Part shown: piece by piece, positions 51,022 through 60,402 of the stretch
Numbering within the stretch: position 1 is the stretch's first letter
Layout of the letters: the number at the start of each line of letters is the position of its first letter
Source: Spirochaetia bacterium
GTDB lineage: Bacteria; Spirochaetota; Spirochaetia; SP-2023
Direction: 5' to 3'
DNA: 64,000 nucleotides
Assembly (NCBI GenBank): GCA_965263295.1
Contig: OZ253665.1
Coordinates: 2,048,001 to 2,112,000, forward strand
Program-made: the position numbers and the translations under genes
The notes under the pieces: generated by a model
What the model saw: the letters and a program-made list of their open reading frames with translations, nothing else
Databases searched by the model: none
Told to the model about the DNA's origin: nothing

Positions 51022-52116
51022 ATGGCCAATAGCATTGCCCGCAAAATTGCCGTTCTGCCAGGTGACGGCACCGGGCCGGAAATTGTAGCCGCGGCACGTG
51101 TCGTGCTGGATCGCGTCGCGCAGCTGGACAAGCTGGAGTTGGAATACCACGAGGCTTTAGTTGGCGGAGCCGCCTATGAAGTCACGGGCAGTCCCCTGCC
51201 CGCAGAGACTCTGCGCATTTGTGATGCGGCCGATGCGATATTTTTAGGTGCGGTCGGCGGCCCCAAATGGGAAAATTTGCCCCCCGAACAACAGCCCGAA
51301 CGAGGGGCTTTGCTCCCTTTGCGCAAGCGTTATAATCTTTATGTCAACATTCGGCCGGTGCTGGTCTATCCCAGCTTGGCGGCCGCGTCTCCGTTGAAGA
51401 AAGAGCGCCTCAATTTAGCTGGTGGCGGTGTCGATTTTTTGATTGTGCGCGAGCTTACCGGCGGGCTTTATTTTGGCCGGCCCAAGGGCATCGACCGCGA
51501 AAAGGGCGAAGCTTTCGATACGATGCGTTATAACGTGGAAGAAATAGAGCGCATCGCGCGCACCGCATTTGAAATCGCGCGCGCCCGGCGGCGACAGGTG
51601 TGCAGTGTCGACAAAGCCAATGTCTTGTCCTGCAGCATCCTGTGGCGTGAAACCGTCAAACGGCTGCACCGCGACGAGTACAGCGACGTAGAGCTATGCC
51701 ATCTGTATATCGACAATGCCGCAATGCAGCTAATTTTAAATCCGGGCCAGTTTGATGTGATTCTGACAGAAAACACTTTTGGAGATATCCTTAGCGATGA
51801 AGCGGCGACCCTGCCCGGTTCAATTGGCCTGCTCGCTTCAGCCTCGCTCAACGACAAGGGCTTTGGTTTATTCGAGCCGTGTCACGGCAGCGGTAATTAT
51901 CCGCCGTCTATCGCCGGGCTCAACGTGGCGAATCCAATAGCCCAGATTTTGTCGGCGGCCATGATGCTGCGCTATTCGCTCGGCTGCGAGAGCAGCGCGC
52001 GAAAAATCGAGACCGCCGTGGCTCAAGTCATCGCCCAGGGCCACTACACTCGCGACTTGGGTGGGCAATGGTCAACGGGCGAAATGGGGCAAAAAATAGC
52101 TGAGTTACTTTTTTAG
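51022..52116 (+). CDS. leuB: 3-isopropylmalate dehydrogenase
   Basis: LPGDGTGPE, GAVGGPKW, PERGALLPLRK, RELTGGLYFG, VDKANVL, FGDILSDEA. Confidence 0.95.
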   Translation: MANSIARKIAVLPGDGTGPEIVAAARVVLDRVAQLDKLELEYHEALVGGAAYEVTGSPLPAETLRICDAADAIFLGAVGGPKWENLPPEQQPERGALLPLRKRYNLYVNIRPVLVYPSLAAASPLKKERLNLAGGGVDFLIVRELTGGLYFGRPKGIDREKGEAFDTMRYNVEEIERIARTAFEIARARRRQVCSVDKANVLSCSILWRETVKRLHRDEYSDVELCHLYIDNAAMQLILNPGQFDVILTENTFGDILSDEAATLPGSIGLLASASLNDKGFGLFEPCHGSGNYPPSIAGLNVANPIAQILSAAMMLRYSLGCESSARKIETAVAQVIAQGHYTRDLGGQWSTGEMGQKIAELLF

Positions 52117-52550
52117 CCGGGGCTTATGACTTGCGATGTTTATTCCTGTGCCGAAACCGCTCGGCTGCGGCACGAACAAAAAAATGTCACCTTTTATCAA
52201 AAGCTTGCTTTTAAACTTATTCATTTTGAAAGTTTCAATTTATTTTCCACATAATTTTAACATCGGGTTTGATTGTCGGTATGCATTACTGCGCCAGGAC
52301 TTGGGCTGTTACTTTACGCCCCTGCCTCAGGGGGGAGAATGCCCGTTTAGACTTCTGTGCCAGAAAGCTTGCTTTTGCTTGGTGTTTTGTCTAAATTATG
52401 GCTCCAAAAGCTTTGCGGGATGGCGGCGCAAATAAGCGTCAGATAGCGGCCATGTATTCACAGTTTTAGATTTTACCCCCTTCCTTTTTAGGAAATTGGA
52501 TTTAAACTCTACAAAAAAATTCTTAACTTGCATAATAAGGAAGTGATTTT

Positions 52551-52820
52551 ATGAATTCGGCACTTAAAGTAGAAATGTATTTTAAAGACTCTTGCCCGTA
52601 CTGCATTCGCGCCAAGGCTTTATTAGAGGCAAAGGGAATAAGTATCCGCGAATACCCAGCGGCTAGCGACCAAGGTTTATACGAGGAAATGTTGCGCCGT
52701 TCAAATGGCCGCCGGACTTTCCCGCAGATTTTTATCGGCGATAAACATGTCGGTGGCTGTGACGAGCTACACGACCTGGAAAAAAAAGGCGAGCTGGATC
52801 GTTTGCTGAGTATTGGCTAA
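52551..52820 (+). CDS. grxC: Glutaredoxin 3
   Basis: CPYC active site, RTFPQIFIG, GGCDEL. Confidence 0.9.
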   Translation: MNSALKVEMYFKDSCPYCIRAKALLEAKGISIREYPAASDQGLYEEMLRRSNGRRTFPQIFIGDKHVGGCDELHDLEKKGELDRLLSIG

Positions 52821-52916
52821 ATAGTCTGGCATTCGTACAAACTTCTCTAGTCGTCTACTAAAATAAATTGATAAATTGGCTGAAGGCCATCCCAAAAGGC
52901 ATTCAAGGAGTCTAAA

Positions 52917-54326
52917 ATGCTGACAAAAGAAAGCGCTGCCAAGATTTTGGAAGCAGGCAAGACTACGGGCGCAGATTATGTCGAGATTTTTGTCGAAAAC
53001 ACCTACCGCGCCGCGTTGTCTATGCTGAGTTCGCAGATTGAAAACTGCCAGAGCGGCATCGACGCTGGCGTGGGCATCCGTCTGTTGTTTGGCGACCAGG
53101 TATATTACAGTTATAGTAACACCTTGGACGAAAAAGAGATAATATCTTTGATTTACAAGCAGAAGTCCCAACTGCGAGATATTGCCGGCAGAGAGGCCCT
53201 TCCGCCCTTTGCCCTGCTGCGGCCGCAGGTCAATTTAGCCGCAGCGGAACGCTCAACTCTAGACCGCGATGTGCCGGCGGCCCAGAAGGTGGAATTATTG
53301 CAGACCATAGATCGGGCGGCCCGCAAGGCGGCGGCGCAGACTGGCGGCGACAGACTTTCGCAAGTTTATGCCATGTTGTCGCAAAGCCGGCAGAAAGTGC
53401 AGGTTTTTACGAGTGAGGGCGGCTTCACAGAGGATGAGCGCAACTATATCCGCATTCTCTGTCAGGCCATTGCCGGCGATGGCACGCGCGAGAGCAAAGG
53501 TTATGAAGCTCCGGGCGCGCAGGCGGGCTGGGAATACGCCCAGAGCCTAGATATTGAGCAGCTGGCGGCCCAGGTTGTGCGGCGTGCCCTGCTTAAACTG
53601 GATGCGGCGGCATGCCCTGCGGGGAAATTGCCGGTAGTTATCGACAGTGGCTTTGGCGGTGTGATCTTTCACGAAGCTTGCGGACATTCGCTGGAGACAA
53701 CCGCGGTGGCAAAAAAGGCCAGTGTCTTTGCCGACAAATTAGGTCAGCAAATTGCCAGCACCTGTGTCAGCGCGGTCGATGACGGCACGATGCCGGGGGA
53801 ATGGGGTTCGCTGAATTTTGACGACGAGGGCATGCCGACCCAGCGCACGCAGCTGATTAAGGACGGCATCCTGCAAAGTTACATGGTTGATCGGGTGGGT
53901 TCAATTCAAACTGGCTATGCGCGGACGGGTTCCGGGCGGCGGCAGTCCTACCGCTTCGCTCCGGCTTCACGCATGCGCAACACTTTTATTGAAGCCGGGC
54001 CACACAAACTTGAAGACCTTATCGCCTCGATTGAATATGGGCTTTACGCCCACAAAATGGGGGGAGGTTCGGTCAGCCCCGGAACTGGAGAGTTCAACTT
54101 TGCCGTCGATGAGGCCTATGTGATCCGCAATGGCAAAATTGCCGAGCCCGTGCGTTCGGCCAGTCTGATAGGCCGTGGTGAAGAAATTATCCGCCGCATC
54201 AGCATGGTGGCGGATAATCTGCAACAAGGCCAGGGCCTCTGTGGGTCGGTCAGTGGCAATATCCCGGTGAATGTCGGGCAAGCCGCCATTAAAGTCGACG
54301 AAATTTTGATTGGAGGGGATGAGTAA
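52917..54326 (+). CDS. tldD: TldD family metalloprotease
   Basis: HEACGHSLE (HExxxH), DDEG, RMRNTFI, GLCGS. Confidence 0.93.
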   Translation: MLTKESAAKILEAGKTTGADYVEIFVENTYRAALSMLSSQIENCQSGIDAGVGIRLLFGDQVYYSYSNTLDEKEIISLIYKQKSQLRDIAGREALPPFALLRPQVNLAAAERSTLDRDVPAAQKVELLQTIDRAARKAAAQTGGDRLSQVYAMLSQSRQKVQVFTSEGGFTEDERNYIRILCQAIAGDGTRESKGYEAPGAQAGWEYAQSLDIEQLAAQVVRRALLKLDAAACPAGKLPVVIDSGFGGVIFHEACGHSLETTAVAKKASVFADKLGQQIASTCVSAVDDGTMPGEWGSLNFDDEGMPTQRTQLIKDGILQSYMVDRVGSIQTGYARTGSGRRQSYRFAPASRMRNTFIEAGPHKLEDLIASIEYGLYAHKMGGGSVSPGTGEFNFAVDEAYVIRNGKIAEPVRSASLIGRGEEIIRRISMVADNLQQGQGLCGSVSGNIPVNVGQAAIKVDEILIGGDE

Positions 54327-55735
54327 TGGCGACGGCAAAGAATTATCGCAGCGTTGCCCTGGAACGCCTCGGCGAATCCCGGAGCGGCATGGACGAAGGG
54401 ATTTCCCAGAGCATCCGCCAGACCCTGGACATGGCTTTAGATGCCGGCGCGCGAGCCGCGGACATCGTTTTTTCACAAAGTGAGAACCAGCATTTGCAGG
54501 CGCAGGGTGGCAAAATTTCCGAAAACGAGATTTCTTCTTCAGGCACCCTGGGCATTCGCGTCGAGAAGGAAGGGCGTGTCGGCCTCTCTTACAGCGAATC
54601 ATTGTTGGAGGCCGACCGGCGCAGCATGGTGGAGCTGGCTCTGCGCAACGCCCAGTTTACCAAGCGCGATCCCAGCCAGGGAATCCATAGCGAGCCGCAA
54701 TTGGCCGGCCCATTGTTGCCCGACTGCTCGGCGCAGTACCATGATGAAGAAGTGGGGCTGGCGGCCAAGGAAGAGTTGACCTTGAAGCTGGAGAGCGAAG
54801 CTCTGGCGCGCGACAAGCGCGTGCGGGTGGTCCCCTACAATGGCTTTGGCGAGAGTCGTTCGGCCTCGTATGTGGCCAATAGCAATGGCGTGTTTTGTTT
54901 TGAACGCTCGCATGCTTACAACTGTTACACTTATGTGCTGATGGAAGAAGGCGAGGTCAAAGCAGACTATGGCGAAGCCAGTGTGGGGCGTCGCTTTGCC
55001 GACCTGAACTGGGAGACCTGTGTCGATACGGCAACTACCGAAGCCGCCCTGTTGCTGCGCGCCAAGCCCATCGCCAGCGGTAGCTACGATGTGATTTTTA
55101 CAGTCGAAGCCTTGGCGGCACTGTTGAGTTGCTTTGACGTCATGTTTTCTGGATTTGCCGCCAAAACCAAGACCAACCCGCTGCGGGACAAGCTGGGGCA
55201 ACTCATTGCCTCCGAGAAACTGCAGATCATCGACATGCCGCGCTACAGCGCTTCTCTGCACACGCAATATTTCGATGCCGAAGGCTTAATTCCTGAGGAT
55301 CTACAGCTGATTGAAAATGGCGTGCTGAAGAATTTTTATCACAATTGTGAAACGGCCCAATTTTTTGGCGTAGAGTCCAATGCCCGCGCGGCGCGCTCGC
55401 CGCAGGGTCCCTTGGGCACGGCTGGCAATTGTTTGTTGATTGTGCCCGATTCCGATGCCGGCGACGTGCGCGGCGGTGAATTTTTTGAAGTCCTGGAGTT
55501 GAACGGCCTGCATTCGGGCTGCGATGCCACTAGCGGCGATTTTTCCTTGCCCTGCAGCGGCAAGCTCTATCGCGACGGCCACTTGTTGCAAGGTGTGCGC
55601 GATGTGACCCTAGCGGGTAATTTTTACGCGATGTTGCAACAGGTCAGCGCCGTCGGCAATGAACTCAAGGCCTCCCGCGGAAAGGGCTTTTTCTCTCCAG
55701 ACCTGCGTTTTGGCGGCTTGACGGTAGCGGGCTGA
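54326..55735 (+). CDS. pmbA: PmbA/TldE family protein
   Basis: Coupled to tldD (TAATG overlap); FDAEG, GLHSG, SGDFSL; lacks HExxxH. Confidence 0.88.
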   Translation: MATAKNYRSVALERLGESRSGMDEGISQSIRQTLDMALDAGARAADIVFSQSENQHLQAQGGKISENEISSSGTLGIRVEKEGRVGLSYSESLLEADRRSMVELALRNAQFTKRDPSQGIHSEPQLAGPLLPDCSAQYHDEEVGLAAKEELTLKLESEALARDKRVRVVPYNGFGESRSASYVANSNGVFCFERSHAYNCYTYVLMEEGEVKADYGEASVGRRFADLNWETCVDTATTEAALLLRAKPIASGSYDVIFTVEALAALLSCFDVMFSGFAAKTKTNPLRDKLGQLIASEKLQIIDMPRYSASLHTQYFDAEGLIPEDLQLIENGVLKNFYHNCETAQFFGVESNARAARSPQGPLGTAGNCLLIVPDSDAGDVRGGEFFEVLELNGLHSGCDATSGDFSLPCSGKLYRDGHLLQGVRDVTLAGNFYAMLQQVSAVGNELKASRGKGFFSPDLRFGGLTVAG

Positions 55736-55793
55736 ACGCGAGGCGAAATGGACGGGCCATCCGGCCCACAATATAAATTGATCAGGAGAACTT

Positions 55794-56807
<1,014 letters not shown>

Positions 56808-56817
56808 CCGGCGGCAA

Positions 56818-56841
56818 GGGAACCACGAAAGGCACGAAAGG
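56818..56841 (+). repeat. Short remnant of the CACGAA repeat (GGGAACCACGAAAGGCACGAAAGG)
   Basis: Matches the first two boxes of the repeat arm at about 59787; 10 nt after the stop of 55794-56807. Confidence 0.75.
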
Positions 56842-57148
56842 CAAGAAAATGCGGCAGGAGCAAAAATATAAAATATGGCTTGTAAAATATGTTGAATATG
56901 TCTAGAATCAAGCTAGAATCAGAGAAAAGCAGCCGGCTGCAGGCAGATGCGGGAGGCGGGTATTTTTTTCTGGAACAGAGGAGCCGGCACGTGGCGTCGA
57001 TGGATCAGGAAGTGCATAGTTTTTAGTTTTAGCTTTTTTTGTGTTTATTAAAACAGGCAAAATGTAGTGATCAAACTAATAATATTAATAACGCTGCACG
57101 GGCTGCTTGCTGGGCCTTGACATCTTCCAAACCAAAGGAGTTTCTCGT

Positions 57149-58336
57149 ATGTCTAACGGTTCCAAACACAAAGGCGAATTCGCCCTGATTATCCAGCTGC
57201 TCATCGGCATTGCCGCCGGTGTTGTCATTGGGCTCATGGCCAACGAAACGGTCATTGAATTCATGGCCACCATCAAACACGTTCTCGGTCAGCTCATTTT
57301 CTACAGCGTGCCCCTGGTCATCATTGGGTTCATCGCCCCGTCCATCACCCGCCTGGGGCAGAGTGCCAACAAGATGCTCGGCGCGGGCGTCTCCCTGGCC
57401 TACCTGTCTTCCGTGGGCGCGGCCATCATGTCGTGTGTGGCCGGCTACATTATCATCCCGGACCTGTCCATCGCCACCCAGGTGGAGGGCCTGCGCGAGA
57501 TCCCCGAAGTGGTTTTCCAGCTCGACATTCCCCCGATCATGCCGGCCATGACCGCGCTGGTCACCGCCATCATCCTGGGTGTCGCGACCTTGTGGAGCGG
57601 CGCCAAAACGATTGAGAAGGTTCTCTGCGAACTTGAAGGCCTAATGATGCAGGTGGTCACCCGGATCGTGATTCCCCTGCTGCCGTTTTTTATTGCCAGC
57701 ACCTTTGCCGGCCTGGCGTACGAAGGCAGCCTGACCAAGCAGTTGCCGGTCTTCGTGCAGATCATCGTCATCGTGCTCCTAGGTCATGCCGTGTGGCTGA
57801 CTGTCCTGTATACCATCGCGGGCATAATTTCCAGGCGCAATCCCATCGAGGTGCTGCGTCATTACGCCCCGGCCTACTTGACGGCGCTGGGCACCATGTC
57901 CAGCGCCGCAACTCTGCCCGTCGCATTGAAATGCGCGTCCAAGTCTCGCGTGCTCAGCCGCGATACCCGCGAATTCATGGTTCCCCTGGGCGCGACCATC
58001 CACCTCTGTGGTTCCGTGCTGACCGAGACCTTTTTTGCCATGACCATTTCCCAGATGCTCTACGGTTCCATGCCCGAACTCAGCACCATGATGATGTTCA
58101 TCCCGCTCTTCGGCGTGTTCGCCATCGGCGCCCCCGGCGTTCCCGGCGGTACCGTCATGGCCTCTTTGGGCATCGTCGTGAGTGTGCTCGGCTTTGACCC
58201 GGCCGGCGTGGCCTTGCTCTTGGCCGTGTTCGCCCTGCAGGACAGCTTCGGCACGGCTTGCAATGTCACCGGCGACGGCGCGCTGACCTTGATGCTGGAA
58301 AGCTTTTTCAATCGCAGCGAGCGGAAAAGCGGCTGA
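57149..58336 (+). CDS. Dicarboxylate/amino acid:cation symporter (DAACS family)
   Basis: TMSSAATLP, ATIHLCGS, APGVPGG, DSFGTACNVTGD; SD AAGGAG. Confidence 0.92.
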   Translation: MSNGSKHKGEFALIIQLLIGIAAGVVIGLMANETVIEFMATIKHVLGQLIFYSVPLVIIGFIAPSITRLGQSANKMLGAGVSLAYLSSVGAAIMSCVAGYIIIPDLSIATQVEGLREIPEVVFQLDIPPIMPAMTALVTAIILGVATLWSGAKTIEKVLCELEGLMMQVVTRIVIPLLPFFIASTFAGLAYEGSLTKQLPVFVQIIVIVLLGHAVWLTVLYTIAGIISRRNPIEVLRHYAPAYLTALGTMSSAATLPVALKCASKSRVLSRDTREFMVPLGATIHLCGSVLTETFFAMTISQMLYGSMPELSTMMMFIPLFGVFAIGAPGVPGGTVMASLGIVVSVLGFDPAGVALLLAVFALQDSFGTACNVTGDGALTLMLESFFNRSERKSG

Positions 58337-58621
58337 AGCCCTGGCCCGCGCCGCTAAAGGTCCAGAAAAATTGGGCGGGCAAAACGCCACAGAGCAAGGG
58401 CTATTTTAATTTCATGGCTATATTGTCCGGCAGGGCAGCTCACGGTTTGGCGCGGCGATAAAAGGAGGTAGGTATAGATTAAGAATAGTTTTTTTACACC
58501 CGTTTGCCACGGCGGCAATTTTGGGAAACGCTTCTGGGAGTAGGGCCCCCATTATTTAGTTCGCGTTTCTGTCGTTTATTTTTTACATGTTCAATTTAAA
58601 GGAAAACACGAGGAAAACACA

Positions 58622-59673
58622 ATGAGGAAAAATTTTACTTTAAAACCATATATATATATATATATATATCGGTATTGCTGACCGGCCTGGCCTTATTCAG
58701 CTGCGACCCTGAAGACGATGAAAAATCTTCGGACAAAATCACCACGGTCAAGGGATTCATCGATAGGTTGGCCACAGACGGCGTAACGCTTCCAAAGACA
58801 GCAAACTATGATGAAGATGAAGTTTTGGATGCGATTTATCGTGCCATGGGAAAATTACAAGGCGATTTGGATTCTGGGCTCATCCAGGAAATATCGGATT
58901 TATATAGCCTGATTGATGCCGAAATGCTGGAGGTGGCATCTGATCACACAAAGGTCACGATATCAGCACCTGCCATGCAGCTGCTGACGGGTGATAAAAG
59001 TGCGACAGCAAAAGATATCCCGCTGGAGAAGGCGACACAGGGCCTGGAGCTCAAAGCCGCGAAAGATAATAAGCTTACTGATGCCAGTAGTAATGTTGTT
59101 GCCAAAGAGACCCAGATTACTGATGGGAATAAATATACCGTGACTGCCGATACAACAGTAAAAGAGATTGTCGCAATGTTTAAAGTCACCCAAACTGCGG
59201 GCGCTGCGGGAGACTACGATTTAAGTATTGATCGTGACTGGGATACAGATACGACTTCTGCAGACGTATGGGATACCAGAAAAGATTCTGATTCTCCGGT
59301 CCCAGATGGTAAGGGAATTCAACTGGAATTCTCCGACCGCAAAACGGGCGAAGACATGACGGTTACGGTAACGGGTAAAATGACGAATGCTCAGGCTGTT
59401 GCTTTTGTTAAAGATGCGCTTGGTAACCTTAGTGTGTCAGGTAATAGTGCTGTTACAGCTGTTACAGCTGGTACCACTTTTAATGAAAGTGTGTTAAAGG
59501 CTATAGGTGACATAACTGGCACATATCCTACTGACACCAAAGGTACGTCATTGACCTACGAGGTTGGGCCTATCTCTGTTGGTAGTTCAGGTGATCTAAC
59601 CGTTAAAATCACAAAAGGTTCTGCAAATGATACTGCAAAAATTAGCATCACGATTGTTAAATCGACTCCATAG
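58622..59673 (+). CDS. Phase-variable surface lipoprotein, frameshifted (OFF) at an (AT)11 tract in the signal peptide
   Basis: ATG 58622 reads MRKNFTLKPYIYIYIYRYC* (stop at 58681). Removing one AT joins it to the long frame: MRKNFTLKPYIYIYISVLLTGLALFS-C. Confidence 0.82.
58648..58669 (+). repeat. (AT)11 dinucleotide microsatellite
   Basis: 22 nt of uninterrupted AT repeats; no comparable tract noticed elsewhere in the window. Confidence 0.97.
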
Positions 59674-59732
59674 TTGGGTCATTAACTTTTCGCTTTAGCT
59701 TTTTTTGCCTTTTAATTTTTTGCCTTGCGCAC

Positions 59733-59772
59733 GCCGCCGCCTGCCTGGGAACAGGGGGGGCGGCTTTTTTTT
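59733..59772 (+). terminator. Intrinsic terminator
   Basis: GCCGCC...CCTG / CAGG...GGCGGC hairpin followed by T8, downstream of the lipoprotein. Confidence 0.75.
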
Positions 59773-59774
59773 GT

Positions 59775-60280
59775 GGAACCACGAAAGGGAACCACGAAAG
59801 GGCACGAAAGGTGGCGAAAAGTCACGAAATTTAGGCTGGGGAGCTTTAGGTGGCACGATGGGGGGCTGCGGGTGACAGGAGAAAAGTTAAAAAAGGGGCG
59901 ACGGGAGCCAGGAAGGGCGCGAAGGTCAGGAGAGGGGCGTTTTAGAATTTTTCGTGTTGTTCGTACTTTTTTGGTGTATTTCGTGGTTACTTGGCCAGGG
60001 ACTCTGAAAAGGGGACCACGAAGTGCACGAAAGGTGGCGAAAAGTCACGAAATTTAGGCTGGGGAGCTTTAGGTGGCACGATGGGGGGCTGCGGGTGACA
60101 GGAGAAAAGTTAAAAAAGGGGCGACGGGAGCCAGGAAGGGCGCGAAGGTCAGGAGAGGGGCGTTTTAGAATTTTTCGTGTTGTTCGTACTTTTTTGGTGT
60201 ATTTCGTGGTTACTTGGCCAAGGACACTGAAAAGGGAACCACGAAGTGCACGAAAGGTGGCGAAAAGTCACGAAATCTAG
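59775..60280 (+). repeat. CACGAA/TTCGTG repeat cluster 3: 223-bp unit in about 2.2 near-identical tandem copies
   Basis: GCACGAAAGGTGGCGAAAAGTCACGAAAT recurs at 59802, 60025 and 60248. Confidence 0.95.
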
Positions 60281-60402
60281 ACGGGGCGGGCTTGCGCATA
60301 CCTTTCTATTGAATTCAATAACTCTTCCTGCAAGAACACCAGATTGTTATAATTCCGCTCCACAGATGATCGAAAGTGTCCATACTTTAAAAATACTGGA
60401 GT

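Noticed and set aside
52551..55735. tldD/pmbA with grxC as a RiPP (microcin-like) cluster
   Set aside because: No precursor peptide, YcaO, radical SAM enzyme or exporter nearby. The 30-aa ORF at 50857 is better explained as bS22.
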